Assembly: GCA_951406725.2 (NCBI GenBank)
Contig: OX597819.1
Location: 96,038,001-96,102,000, forward strand
DNA: 64,000 nt
Direction of reading: 5' to 3'
From: Octopus vulgaris
Lineage: Eukaryota
How positions within the stretch are numbered: position 1 is the first letter of the stretch; each line of letters starts with the position of its first letter. Under the pieces are notes generated by a model, which saw only the letters and a program-made list of their open reading frames with translations, was not told where the DNA came from and made no database searches. Made by a program: the position numbers and the translations under genes. Below, piece after piece: positions 13,496 through 27,408 of the stretch.

Positions 13496-14397
13496 TGCAA
13501 TGAGGAGCAGAAACTCTGAAGAAATCCAACATTGAGAAGAAATCCACCAAGGTCCGTTGTCACGCCGACCGAAGGGCAGAACCGGGGAGAGAGAAAGACA
13601 CATAGATAGACAGAGGGGGAGAGAGATATAAAGAGAGACAGAGAGAGGGGAAAGAAAAGAAGAGTGTTGACAAGTCGCTTGTATTGTGCTACTTACTTAC
13701 AGCTGCCTTCCTCTCTCTACTCCTCTCACTATTCCTTTATTTTTTTCTTCTCTCTATTCCTCTTTCTACTCCTTACACCTTCTTCTTCAATCAACTCTCT
13801 CTCCCCTCCCTACATTTCTTATCTCTATATTGAAGTCGCTGGTAGTGGTGGTGGTGGTGATAGTTACACAATATTACTTTCCTCTCTCTATGTCTTAACC
13901 TCTCTATCTATAGGTGTTATCGGCGGCGTTGGTGGAGCTGCTAGTTGCTCAATTACCCCTCTCTCTATTATCTCTACTGGCGATGGTGGTAGTGGTGACG
14001 CTTATAGTTACTCAATCCTCCCTCTTTCTCCCTCACTTTAGTAATGACGTTAGTAGTGGTGGTTGTGGTCGTAGTTACACAACTCTCTCTCTCTCTCTCT
14101 CTCACTTTGTTTCTTTCTCTTTCTCTCTCTCTCTCTGTTATATAGAGGTGGCAGCGGCGTTGGTGGAAACGCCAATGTTGATATTACTGCTGCTGTTGAT
14201 GATGTTGCTGTTGACGTTGCTGCTGTTGATGCTACTACTGCTGCTGATGTTGCTGCTGCTATTGTTGGTGGTGCTGGTGGCGGAGGCCAGCTCTGATGCT
14301 ATATACACATGTTCACATAACCTCGACACACGCATCTCTCGCTTTCTCTACACGCACACACACAACATGCACACACACACACAACACACACACACAA

Positions 14398-14445
<48 letters not shown>

Positions 14446-14678
14446 CCACAGCACACACATTCATTCACTCAAACCACAAACACTAATAATATAAGCATAT
14501 ATGTATTATACAAAACGTATGTACGATATACAATACACCACATTACGATGCTATAACTCCGCAACACCACACTACTATATCACGTTACTATACTATAACC
14601 ACCACACTATTCTGTGCAACAACTTTAACCAAAACTGTTCTACATACACACATACACATACATACATACATACATACA

Positions 14679-14711
<33 letters not shown>

Positions 14712-14739
14712 GTATATAAATACACACACACACACACAC

Positions 14740-14784
<45 letters not shown>

Positions 14785-14853
14785 CATATATATATATATT
14801 TTGTGGTCTTTGCAGCTTTAGTAATAAAGTATATATATATGTGTATGTGTGTG

Positions 14854-14917
<64 letters not shown>

Positions 14918-14934
14918 ATATCATACATACATAC

Positions 14935-15007
<73 letters not shown>

Positions 15008-15704
15008 CACACACATACTTCATTTGCTATGGCAAAGTTAGAAGATATAAGTCTGCTTTTTAGAATTAAAATTATAACTACTACTACTACTACTACTACT
15101 ATGATGGTGACGACGGCGCCGATGAATGATGATGATGATGATGATTGTTTTGATATAGCTATACTTTTTTCTCCCCTCTGACATTTGGATTAATCGTCAT
15201 ATGTTGATATTGTTTTGTAAACGTTGATAATGTAAATAAATGTTGATAATGATGATGCAATTGTTAATCTTGATATTTCGGATCAAAGTGAGAATGTTGA
15301 TAACGCTGACAATTATGATGATAATGAAAATGAGGAGAAATGTTGATAATGCGGACAATTATGATGTTGATAATGCTGACTTTTGCAAAAATGTTGACAT
15401 TGTTGATGATACTATTTGTTTTTCTATCAAAAATATTTATGTTATCAACAGGAATATTAGAAACAAAACGTTGCCAATAATCATGCTAATGTTGCTAATA
15501 GCTGCTGCTGCTGTTAATTGTTATCGCAACTGTAACGATAGTAACGATACATCAACAACGAGGTTAATAACGATAGCGACGACGATGATGATGATGACGA
15601 TGATGGTGATGATTATGATGAATTTTGCGAATATATTGCTAAGGCTGAGTAACTACAACAAAATTTAGTGTGGCAACATTTTTTCAGGGTAGTTTAGCGT
15701 TGGT

Positions 15705-16180
15705 CTGCCGGCACCACCAACACTACCACACCACCACCACCACTATCACACCACCACCACCACCACTATCACACCACCACCACCACCACCACCACCGCTG
15801 CCGCCAACACCACCGCTACTTCCACCACCACCACCACCATGACCGTCAACACCACCACTACGCTACCACCAGTATTACCACCACCATCATCACTAACACC
15901 AACAACATCACCACCACTGCCGCCGGCGCCGCCACCGCCACCGGCGTCAGCACCATCGCCGCCACCGCCGCCGCCACCGCCGCTGCCACCGCTGCCCTTA
16001 CCACTGCCCTCGCCATCACAGCTACTGTCGCTACCACCGCTGCCACGGCCACTGTCACCACTGCTGTCGCGTCCGCTATCACTACCGATACCAACACCGC
16101 TACCATCACCACCATTACCATCATCATCGTCACAACCACCACCACCATCATCATCACCACAATCTCGTCATCCTGTGAGC
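15705..16180. repeat. (CAC)/(GCC)n low-complexity trinucleotide tract
   Basis: Degenerate cac/acc/gcc repeats, open in several frames. Confidence 0.85.
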
Positions 16181-16514
16181 TGTGACGTAAAATAGTAGAG
16201 TCAGCAGCAGAATTGCTAAAGATTGATGCGATTGTTATAGTAGTTGCTAATGCATCTGTCATTGCAGTTGATCTTGTAGTAGTTGTTGTTGTTGCTATTG
16301 CAGTTATGACTGCAGTTGCAAGTTCTTGCTGCAATTGTTAATGTTACTGCTATTGCAGTTGTTATCAGTTGCAGTTACGACAGAACTTGCTATTCTATGT
16401 CACAATTTTCTGCATTTGTTGCTATTACAGCTATTACCCGCCTCTCTCTCCTATCACGTCGACCATTTCCCCCGCAATCTTTGTTCATTTACTTCATCTT
16501 AATATTTCAAATAC

Positions 16515-16870
16515 ATTACTGATGTTACAATACTGGTCACAACTTAGAGACGCTATTCACAATTTTGTCGTAACTTATTGATGTTACAATACTTGTCATA
16601 GTTTGCTGATGCTGGTTATAATACTGGTCATAACTTACGCTGCTTACAATAACAATGAGTCATAACTTAAAGATGTTAACATATCTGGCGGTGCCCCAGC
16701 ATGGCCTCAGCCGGATGGCTGAAACAAGTAAAAGAGTATATTGTGTCCTAACTTTCTGATGTTACTAACAACATTTTGTCTCAATTTATAGATATTACAA
16801 TTCTGTTCCATAATTTACTGATGCTATGATATCCAATTATAACTTATTAACGCTACTTACAATACGTATC
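16515..16870. repeat. Degenerate ~28-32-bp minisatellite interrupted by a SINE B tail (16683-16735)
   Basis: Repeated ttactgatgttacaatactggtca(c/t)aac-like units. Confidence 0.7.
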
Positions 16871-16886
16871 ATAAGATTAAAGTCAA

Positions 16887-16928
<42 letters not shown>

Positions 16929-17049
16929 AAACGTGTGTATGTGCATGTAATTATATATCTATATGTAGAAATCTTCAACAGCCAATGTCTCTGAAATATC
17001 TTTTCAGTTACCAGGCTAGATGGGATTCTATACTGAAATCATTAGTTGA

Positions 17050-17380
17050 AATACCATTAGAAGTACTGAATCCACGCTATATGCATATATCAACTGAGAG
17101 GACTTAGACATATATTATACGTCTAACTTGCATCTCTTTCGTAGAATCCTCTACAGTTAACTACACAATGGTCAACACTTGCCTGGAAGACCAAAGAAGT
17201 GGTTCAGGGAGCATGTGAAGTCCACATTGAAGATGAATAACACGAATCCTTCAAGAGTGGAAGTTTTCTATTCATCATTCACATAGTTGGTTTTACGGTT
17301 AGAAGGGAATTGAGGATAGGGCCCGGGGAAACACAGGTAGCAACGACTGAAGAAATGAGAAAAGAGGCTTGGCACGCAAA
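17050..17380 (+). mobile_element. Decayed RTE LINE C-terminal fragment
   Basis: PGRPKKWFREHVKSTLK resembles RTE G.PKKR.KD.LK..LK. Confidence 0.45.
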
Positions 17381-17438
17381 TTATAGGGTGTTCATAAATT
17401 ATCTTTACAACTTCCACAATTTATTGTATTATATCGGC

Positions 17439-17568
17439 TTAATCGACCCCGAAAGGATGAAAGGCAAAGTCGAACTCGGCGGAATTTGAACTCAAAATGT
17501 AGCGGCCGACGAAATATCGCTAAGCATTTCACCCGACGTGCTAACGTTTCTGCCAGCTCGCCGCCTTA
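17439..17568 (-). mobile_element. SINE family A, 5' portion
   Basis: Reverse complement of taaggcggcgagctggcagaaacgttagcac...ctttcggggtcgat. Confidence 0.85.
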
Positions 17569-18544
17569 TATGAGTTTCTATCATGGTATCTACAACAGAA
17601 CATCCACACTTAAAAGCAGGGTAAATTCCATTTAAACTATAGCAAGAAGCAAACCTCAGAAAATATATGTTCAAAAAGAAACTTGAACTGGTAGTGGCTG
17701 GTTGCCTGTTGCCTCTCTTTAGGATAGTGAGGAACTGTAACGTTTTCTTGTTAAGTGCAGTGAGTGTGTCTTTGTGCAAAATTGGTATGACCACATTGGA
17801 AAACGTTCTCGAGTCTCTGTTCATAGAATTAGTCCAGATTTGGTATGAGGTGTCTAAGTTTTATATGGATGAGAACTGAGTAGGAAGGTTTGGGGGAATG
17901 AAGGTTGTAGAAGTAAGCTTTGTTAGAGATGACGGTAAACAAACCGTTGGTGTATAGGAAGAAGAGCAGGGGTAGGATCATGCCCGAGTGCATCAGAGTT
18001 GATAGAGTGTGTGTTACAGATAGCTCCTTCAGAACATGCCATAATAACGCAATCTGATAGGAAGTAACCAAACCAAGAGGCGGATGGAAGCCATAGGTGG
18101 GCAGTTTTGACTGAAGCATGCCAGATACGGTTGAAAGTTTTGCTGATGTCCAGAATAAAAACACTGTTTAATCCAAATTTCTCGAGGGTGAGAACTCATT
18201 GATAATTGACAAAGGAGACTTTGTCTACGGTAAATCTGGCTTTACGAAAGTCGTACTAATGGCCATTAAGAAGAAATTGAATTTACTGAAAAAGATTGTT
18301 ATTAATGGCTATATCCATATTATCTTTCAGATATTGGAGGTGAGCGCGATAGGATGGTGGTTAGTGGGGTCAGCGGGGTTACTGCTATGAGGAATGGAAC
18401 ACACAGTAATCGGGATAGGTATGTAGTTGTGTGTGTATATAATATATATATATATGTACATATATGTGTGTAATGTATAATATATATATTTACATACATA
18501 CACGCACACACACATACTTATATAATGCAATATAATATAATGTA

Positions 18545-18582
<38 letters not shown>

Positions 18583-18583
<1 letters not shown>

Positions 18584-19784
18584 TAGGTCATCCCATAAGT
18601 TCTGTCCGATTTTACCTTTTTTAAAATTGAATGAAATTTAATAGTATTTTAGAATGTCTAATGGAATTAAAAGTTCATTTTTATGCATTTGTGTACAGTT
18701 AAACTAATTAAATATTATTTTACAGAATAATAGAATTAAAATTTCTCTGATTAAAACCTTTTCTAACATGGAAGTATCCAAAGAGCATTTGAGACACATA
18801 ATGCTTTATGAGTACAAAAAAAGGAAACTCTGCAGCCGAAGGGACTCAAAACATACACTCAGGTTATGGGAAAGAATGCTTGAATGAAAGAATGGTTTGC
18901 AAAATTCAGAAGTGGAGATTTCAGCCGTGAAGATGAAGATCGAACAGGACATCCAGTTGAGTTTGATGATAAGCTCCTTGAGGCATTACTTGAAGAAAAT
19001 CCTGCATTATCAGTTGAAGAATTGACAATAAAGATTAGTTCAAACCATACAACTGTTCATCGCCATCTTCAACAACATGGAAAGGTTCCTAAACTTGGAA
19101 AATGGGTGTCTCATGAATTGTCTGTAAGCAACCGCAAATCCCGATTGACTTGTGACTGGTGACGAAAAATGGATCTTCTATCGAAATGTTAAACATCGTA
19201 AAAAGTGGCTTGGTAAAAGAGAAAAAGCTCAACCACAACCAAGAAAGGAACTTCATGGGAAAAAGGTTCTTCTCTCTATCTGGTGGGATTGCAAAGGAGT
19301 AATTCATTTTGAATTGTTACCACCTAATGCAACAATCAATGCTCAAGTCTACTGTCAGCAATTAGAGCGTTTGAACCAAGCTTTGAAGGAAAAAAGACCC
19401 ACTTAAGTGAATCGAAAAAGAGTAATGTTTCATCAGGACAATGCACGACCCTGCACTGCAAAGATCACATCACAGAAGATCGAAGAGCTTGGTTGGGAAA
19501 AAATTCCTCATCCACCTTATTCTCCCGACCTTGCTCCTTCAGACTACCATTTGTTTCGTAGTTTACAGAATCATTTGGGGCACATAACTTTCACAGTTCT
19601 TCAGAGTTCTTCGCTTTGAAACCAAAAGAGTTTTACATTGATGGGATTGAAAAGCTTGAATATAGGTGGAAGGAAGTCATAGATAATCAGAGAAAGTACA
19701 TTGATGATTAAATTTCAATTAAATATAACATTTGATCACTTGTTTTCTTTATTCAAAATTCGGACAAAACTTATGGGATGACCC

Positions 19785-19788
<4 letters not shown>
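18583..19788 (+). mobile_element. Full-length-boundary mariner (DD34D) transposon with disrupted transposase (~18768-19711)
   Basis: TIRs ttaggtcatcccataagttctgtccga / tcggacaaaacttatgggatgacccctga in (TA)n; motifs GKWVSHEL, TGDEKW, WWDCKGVI, HQDNA, YSPDLAPSDYHLF; frameshifts, stop at 19404-19406 and an internal deletion near 19145. Confidence 0.97.
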
Positions 19789-19837
<49 letters not shown>

Positions 19838-19864
19838 GTGCACCCACATTCTACATCTTTGAAA

Positions 19865-19906
<42 letters not shown>

Positions 19907-21074
19907 GAAGAGAGAGAGAGAGAGAAAGAGAGTGAGTGAGAGAAAATGAAGGAAAGAGAGAAGAGTTTGGTGAGTAAGGGGCTAGCTCTAGGTTGTATTC
20001 TTTGAGAACAATCGAAATGAACTTGCCAGGAACTGGTAGTTTTGTTGGTTTCAAATTGATGTGTATGTGTGTGACGCTGGAGAATCTGGCGGCACGAAAG
20101 CAGTATCATTTTAGAAAAAAAATTTCTTGTGGGTCTTAGTGGAGTTGGTTGTAAAGTGGTCATTGATGATGGCTGAGTCTTCCTTCTGGAAAGTACTGAC
20201 TCGCAGAACCATCACATTAGGGAAGTGGAGCGAAGTTGAGTCCATAAAATTGGCTGAGATCTTTTTGGCAAGGCTGTAGTTTGGAAGGTGGAAGGACTTG
20301 AGTGTTGTATGATGATGGACGGGAGTAGTCCTCACAGTTGAGATGATGATATATTGTAGGTGTTGTTGTGGTGTGTAAATGTCTTTTAGTTTGTGTGTGT
20401 GCGGATCGGAAGGAGCGGTGGTGATTTTCTCTAGCATTGTAGGCACTTTTTTGTCTGAAGAGAAATATTGCACGCCTGACTGAATCACTCGGAGAGATTT
20501 GGGGAATGAAAATGTTTGTTGCAGTGTGGGGTATGTTGAGGGTTTTTCTTAAGAGGATGGGTTTCAGCCACTCATCTATCAATTTCTAGTGGGTCACGTG
20601 CGAAACATATGTCGCCATTTAGACAGCTGATTTGAAGTATGATGGGGCCCAGGACGTAAGGGGCGTTGTGTAGTATATGGATGCATGGTGCAATATAGCA
20701 GGAGTCGGATAGACAGAGATACAGTTACAGATTAGCAAATGTTAGGACCGGAGATGAGAAAAAGATCAAAGGAAGTCTTGTGTGTCTTCGTGTTGGTCAG
20801 AAGTGTGTGTCAGGAGGATGGCAGTAGTTGATGTGGAGAGAGGAGGATTGCTAAATATTCGGTTTTAACAAAGGGGGCCTCAACATGGGATGAGAGTGAG
20901 AGCCAAGGCAAGTTGTGGACATTCAACTCGCCGATGGCGATATCTTCAAAGACGTTTGTTGGAACAAATATGGCGTCGTTGATGTTGGAAGAATATGGTG
21001 GAAGAATTGTTGGAGAGATTCGGGGAAAGCCAGAGGAAGCAGATATATATTTGGGTGAGTGGGTGGAGACTGAT

Positions 21075-21405
21075 TAAAAAAAAGACTCCGCCGGTTACGA
21101 CGACGAGGGTCCCAGCTGATACGATCAACGGAACAGCTTGCTCGTGAAATTAACGTGCAAATGGCTGAGCATTCCACAGACACGTGTACCCTTAACGTAG
21201 TTCTCGGGGATAATCAGCGTGACACAGAGAGTGACAAGGCTGACCCTTTGAAATACAAGTACAACTCATTTTTGCCAGCTGAGTGGACTGGAGCAACGTG
21301 AAATAAAGTGTCTTGCTCAAGGACACAACGCGTCGCCGGGAATCGAACTCACAACCTTACGATCATGAGCCGAATGCCCTAACCACTAAGCCACGCGCCC
21401 TCACC
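21075..21405 (-). mobile_element. Young full-length tRNA-derived SINE with 14-bp TSD
   Basis: A box TGGCTTAGTGG, B box GTTCGATTCC, CORE-like gtgtccttgagcaagacacttt; TSD gggtggagactgat at 21061-21074 and 21406-21419. Confidence 0.92.
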
Positions 21406-21951
21406 GGGTGGAGACTGATACAGAGTTATTGAAAATCTTTGTGGTGAAAGGAGTAATGGGGAGAATGGAACTTACATATGTACTGACACATATTTGAGGC
21501 TAAGTTTGAGAAAAGACTATAGCTTGAGCAGCAGAAGTGGGGCATTATAGATAAGAGTTGAGATATTTGCCTGGTTCACGTGTTAGTAAGAGATGGTGTA
21601 TAGTTAAGAAATTTGCTTCATAACAACTTGGTTCAAAGTTCGAATCTACTGTGCACCACTTTGGACAAATATCTTTTACTGCAATCTCGAGTTAACCAAT
21701 ACCTTATGGATGGAATTTGCTAAACGGAAATTGTACTGAATCCCGTTATCGTACATGTCAGTTAAACACCACATTAATCTCCATACTCACATTCCATCAC
21801 ATGTATTAATTAAATGGGACGCTGGAATGTCAACTCATTTCAAAGGAAGTTTTTCAGTTGTTTCTCTTGTCTGTGTTTGGTTTCTCAAATATTCTTTAAC
21901 GGTGTTTGCCTCACTTTCATACAGTCAAGATTAATCATAGGGAGGTATGTG

Positions 21952-22714
21952 GGATCTTTTCCTTTTGATGGGCGGAATTTTCTAGTTAACTAAACAATTT
22001 GAAACTTCGTATACTGGTAGAATGTGTCAAAAGAAAACATTATTGTAAACAAAATTGAAAACAAAATTGTAATTTGTAAGTTTAACGTAGTTTAATTCTT
22101 CGAATTTTAACCAATGAAATCCCAGCATTTAAGCTCAAATAATTTGCTGCGTCTAAAAACTCACACACACACGTCTTATTCATCCTTCTGTCTTCTGTCT
22201 TCTGCACGTGCTAGAAATAACAGCTATATCTCTTAAATCGATGAATTTCGTCGCCCAATAAAAATATTAACGATATTTTTTGAATATTTTCTTTATTTTT
22301 TTTTACCGAAAAGGCTTCTCCCATGGTTTTGAAGGGCCAGAAACAACAAAAACAAAACAATAATATGCCTAAATCGGTCTAGAGGGTGCGCGTGGAGTGT
22401 GGGTCGTATTGTAAAAATTTGCGAAATATTTTTTCATAAAAGGATGCCCCAGCTTGTCGGAGGCTGTGATATAAATTGGGAAAAAAGTCCTCGACACCAG
22501 TGCGTAATTGGTACTTAATTTATCGACCCCGAAACGATGAAACATTGACCCCGCCCTTCTGGTTTATTTACCTTTTGTGTAAATTTGTTGCGGCAAGGGG
22601 CAAAACACAGAGGGGACAAAGCTGCGTATGTTTGTGTATGTATATCTCCGTTTGTATGTGTGTGTACGCTTATATATTAATTACTATGTGCTTGTGCAAA
22701 TGTATATGCATGTG

Positions 22715-22748
<34 letters not shown>

Positions 22749-23012
22749 TGACAGCGTGTGTGTGTGTGTGTGTATGCGGCGTGCGTCTGCTATGTTTCTT
22801 TATCAATATCAATAATGCAGCAAATGATTTGAGCTCAAATGCTGGGATTTCATTGGTTAAAATTCGAAGAATTAAACTACGTTAAACTTACAAATTACAA
22901 TTTTGTTTTCAATTTTGTTTACAATGTTTTCTTTTGACACATTCTACCAGTATACGAAGTTTCAAATTGTTTAGTTAACTAGAAAATTCTGTCCATCAAA
23001 AGGAAAAGATCC
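21952..23012. mobile_element. Non-autonomous DNA transposon with ~200-bp TIRs, GGATC termini and 8-bp TSD (Merlin/MULE-like)
   Basis: 21952-22150 is the reverse complement of 22817-23012; TSD ggtatgtg/ggtatatg. Confidence 0.92.
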
Positions 23013-23082
23013 GGTATATGGGGACGACTAATTAGTTAAGCCTCGGAGGATATGTCTTATGATAGAGCATATACACATTATT

Positions 23083-23220
23083 TACATTATTTACATTTGA
23101 CGGATATTTGTCCTCATTTTCTTTGTTGTTAACACGTTTCGGCTGATATACCCTCCAGCCTTCTTCAGGTGTCTTAGGGAAATTTCGAACCTGGGTTCTT
23201 ATTCCTAAGGTATTTTTCGA

Positions 23221-23312
<92 letters not shown>

Positions 23313-23509
23313 TCATTGCATGGAATCGAACTTGGAATCTTGGGATAATAATAATGATAATAATAGCATCGAAAAATACCTTAGGAATGAGAGCCCAGGT
23401 TCGAAATTTCCCCAAGACACCAGATGAAGACTGGAGAGTATATCAGCCGAAATGTTGTGTTAACAACAAACATGATGAGGACAAATATCCGTCAAGTGTA
23501 AATAATGTA
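23083..23509. mobile_element. Divergent inverted pair of Penelope-pLTR-like modules with hammerhead motifs around (TTA)n
   Basis: Arms 23083-23222 and 23367-23509; consensus acac-CTGA(T/A)GA-aggctg..cagcc-GAAAC-GTT-gtgt. Confidence 0.8.
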
Positions 23510-23585
23510 CATAATTCCTCATCTCTTAAATATAGAACTGTATTATATATATATATTATACACACACACACACATATATGTACAA

Positions 23586-24251
23586 GACGTCACCAACAGT
23601 AAACAACATGAAATACGAAAACAAATGAGTTAAATACGCAAACAATGAGAGGGAAAACCTGGAAAACAGGACAAGTAACACAAAGAACGACCGTTCATCA
23701 GTTGTCAGCTGTCTATCTACTCCTCATTTCGAGCATTTAACGACAATGTGTGTCTTCGAAGACAGTTGTTCTCATAAATACCAAAATAAAATTTTGGATT
23801 ATGGAGGGTCAAAGTTGGGAACAAAAACAGGACAGTGGAGACATGCAAGAAAACAGAACGAAAACAAACATAGAGAGTTGATAGACCAAAACGAGGGGAA
23901 AATATGTGAACGCTGGGAGAAATGTTTTCTTTGAAAAGAGAAAAAATAGAAGCGAGATATAAATTACGTCCTTAGGACGTCATGGAGGAAAAGAAAGATG
24001 GTTACGTTAGGGAAAAAAAGATGGTTACGTTAGGAAAAGAAAGATGGACGATGGTTACGTGTGAACAACGGGAGAGAGAAAAAGAGAGAGGGGAGAGAGA
24101 CAGATAGAAAACAGTGAAGAGGAGAAAAAGGGAATTAGAGAAGGCTGGGGGGAAAAGATTATAGAGTAGAGGCGCATCAAAAAAGTTAAGATAAAATGAC
24201 TTGGAAATGGATGCGCGGCGTTCAATTACATAATAATATAAACGATATATA

Positions 24252-24346
<95 letters not shown>

Positions 24347-24508
24347 TATATATATGCATATAAGTGTATAGGACGTCACCAACAGTAAACAACATGAAAT
24401 ACGAAAACAAATGAGTTAAATACGCAAACAACGAGTGAAAAAAGGAAAACAGGACAAGTAACACAAAAAACGATCCTTCATCAGTTGTCGGCTGTATATC
24501 TACTCCTC
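23586..24508. repeat. ~140-bp direct repeats (23586-23725, 24372-24508) flanking a purine-rich body
   Basis: gacgtcaccaacagtaaacaacatgaaatacgaaaacaaatgagttaaatacgcaaac...ttcatcagttgtc...ctactcctc present twice. Confidence 0.85.
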
Positions 24509-24749
24509 GTTTATATATATATATATATATATACACACACTCACACACATTTATATATATGATAGATTGTATAATTAGTCGAAAATAGAGTGCTGACCAC
24601 CGACGAGATTTCAATCTGTAATCGAAATTTGATATTGGAACGCAACTGTGTGACACCTTTGGTATCTCTTACTATAGCTTCAGGCTGATCAAAGTTTGTG
24701 AGTGGATTTGGTAGACGGAAACAGAAAGAAGCTTGTCATATATATATAT

Positions 24750-25075
24750 CCGAAGGAGCTAGGTCCGGACTCTATGCTGGGTGTTGTATCATTTCGATTC
24801 AGAATCGTTCGAGCGGTATGAAGTCTTGAATTAACTTGCTGCGAAAGAGCTCGCTTTCCTTTGACTAATGGCGGGTTCTTTTGTCGTACAATGGCATACA
24901 CTCGCTCTAGCTGTTCGGAGTACAGATTGGCATCGATGGTTCGAATGTCTAGGAGGAACTAGTAGTGAATTTATCCCCTCATAAATCCATCAGGCACAGA
25001 GCATCACTTTTTATTCGAAACACCCATGTTTGGCGACAGGTTCCGGAATGTGGCTATTGCTTAACCTTTGCTTAT
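24750..25075 (-). pseudogene. Mariner transposase fragment
   Basis: Minus strand reads ...LYSEQLERVYAIVRQKNPPLVKGKRALSQQVNSRLHTA... and SPDLAPS. Confidence 0.8.
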
Positions 25076-25505
25076 GCATGTTAGGAGTGAAAGAAAATCT
25101 CTCCCACAGATTAGTTCTTATTCCATTCCATGGCTCACTACTTGCACTTGCGACGCTTCATCAACCAAGAGGAAAGAGCAGTTTTAGTGCAGGGGTTTTT
25201 CACTTCAAAGGACAAATACTGGTATCAGCCTGAGATAAAAAGAAATGGCAGAAAGGTGGCTTCAGACGGTGCAACCCGATGGCTTAGGTTGCTTTTTAAA
25301 CGCTAGACTGATTTTGTTGTCACTTGACAAATAAAGCACATAAGTTACCAAAATATTGCAAAACTTTTGACCCAATACTATATATATATATAGTATTGGG
25401 TCAATATATATACACGAGTGAATGGACGAACGAAAGAAGAGCACTGAACACATCTATTGGGAGTTACATGCATGGATCAAAACAATTGATCCACACACAC
25501 ACACA

Positions 25506-25559
<54 letters not shown>

Positions 25560-26209
25560 AGGTCACTATGACTATCCCAGGTATAATTTATACAAAGATG
25601 ATCACTATTGGTGGTGGTGGTGGAGGTATATATATAGCTTGTGGGTTATCATCCCACTCACTGGGTAATTATATAGAAAATAGGCCACAGTATTTATCGC
25701 ATTGGCATAATATGACTAAAGAGGATGGGGAGGTTGGAAATATCAGGGAAGTGTCCCGACTGGTGACATAGGGTCATTATGCAATCATATCCTTCACTAT
25801 ATCTTTGTAAATAGTTTTACCATACCATGATATATATCGCTATATCTTTCTAACATAAATTCACTATACCACGATATCCGTCACCTCATTTTTATGAAAC
25901 AGATTCAACATAATCTCTGCCATTTTGTCAAGGATTTCATTCCATTGAAGTTATGTGTTTTAAGATAGCTGTATAAACCTATTTTTGTTCAAAAAGAACT
26001 CTGTTAAAAGGACATAACATTTGGAGCACAGATGGGTCAAAGACTTCTCGTGTCGACTAATTTCCTTCGTTGATATCGCCATTTCTCTCCCTCATTGTTA
26101 GTTCTTCCAAAGAAGTCGAATCTAATATGACATATTCTCTAACAAAATGGACGATCAGTCTACAAGAAAACATCACTGCTAAAATTTTTGAATGTTTGCG
26201 TTAGTTGAT

Positions 26210-26530
26210 CCTTGTATCGCTAGCGGGAATCCCTTACTGAATGCGTTCCTTTTCGTTGTTCTTCGTAGATATTCTGCAGTCGATGATCCGACATTGTTTG
26301 AACGTTGCCAACTCCCCGCAGATGATGAAGTAACATCTCAATTTCAACCCTGTTGAATCTGGTCTGATGAATAATTTTGTTATTCGTAACATGGTCTTGG
26401 CAGCGTATATGCAAGAGGGTTTGTAGCGTTGTCTAATGGAAATGTTCCAACCTTTTAATGTCTTTTTCAGAGAATATTGTTTCCAGGTTATATCATTACA
26501 AAATGGGTTCAAATGTAAGCATATCTCCAC
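26210..26530 (-). pseudogene. Decayed RTE LINE ORF fragment
   Basis: QDHVTNNKII...LRGVGNVQTMSDHRLQNIYEE resembles RTE WQD.ITN..V...LRW.GHV.RM.D.RLPK. Confidence 0.75.
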
Positions 26531-27180
26531 AAACCGCAGGCGCTCATAAGACCGATGTCAGAGTTGAAATAATCGGAATATACATTCTTTAGAATGACTT
26601 TATTCTTTTGAGATTTTTACAAAACTCAGTTGCCCCTAGGGTTTAATTTCAATTCTATTCTAAAACACTGTTTAATCACCATCTTAACTCGGAGTTTTAG
26701 TCTCTCACCTTTTGGCGACTACTTGTTTGCTTTGTGTTGAAAATGGATTTACGCGTAGACTGGTCAAGAACATTATTTAATAATTTCCGCTGCTATTCGT
26801 ACACAATCGGCCGACTAGCAGCCATGTCTATAAAATTCTCGTCTTTACCTTGGTATCCTCTAATAACACAACGATGAAGTTAAACAACGTAACTTTATCA
26901 CACGGAAACATAGTATCTGTCGGGAGTTATGAACATAATTCATTACTTTTAAGTTGCTGGGTTCGATGGAAGAGACAGTGGCCAATGTCTTCGCAGATTT
27001 CTTCTCAACTAGTGAAACTGATGTCATTAATGATCATCTTGAGGCATTACAAAGTGAGCACAAAGAGCATTCTGGATGGAAGGCGTTCTGGGAAAGAATG
27101 GCAGGCTGCAGTAGTTAACGTGAAGCCTGCGGAAAGATTGGGCACAACAAGAATGATGATAGGAGAGACGTGTGAGTCGG

Positions 27181-27408
27181 TAAGGCGGCGAGCTGGCAGA
27201 AACGTTAGCACGCTGGGCGAAATGCTTAGCGGTATTTCGTCTGTCGTTACGTTGTGAGTTCAAATTCCGCCGAGGTCGATTTTGCCTTTCATCCTTTCGG
27301 GGTTGATAAATTAAGTACCAGTTACGCACTGTAATCGACTTAATACCTATGTCTGTCCTTGTTTGTTCCCTCTATGTTTAACCCCTTGTGGGTAATAAAG
27401 AAATAGGT
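27181..27408 (+). mobile_element. SINE family A monomer
   Basis: taaggcggcgagctggcaga head, gagttcaaattcc B box, tail ending aaagaaatagg. Confidence 0.9.

Larger units (their letters stand above)
17570..21480 (-). pseudogene. Decayed CR1/Jockey-type LINE ORF2 (RT), split by microsatellites, a mariner and a SINE
   Basis: Minus-strand remnants VCSIPHSSNPADPTNHHPIALTSNI (cf. YRPIALTS), LQSKLPTYGFHP and ILPLLFFLYTNGL (cf. LSPTLFLLFINDL); extent beyond 19960 is less certain. Confidence 0.6.

Noticed and set aside
15670-16334. Poly-His/Thr/Ala/Pro ORFs resembling a mucin or extensin
   Set aside because: Trinucleotide low complexity open in multiple frames and both strands, with no splice or domain evidence
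21330-21405. tRNA gene
   Set aside because: A and B boxes belong to a SINE head continuous with a SINE body and bounded by a TSD
23685-23765. Circularly permuted hammerhead on the minus strand
   Set aside because: Needs several assumed substitutions in the GAAAC/GUH core; not supportable by eye
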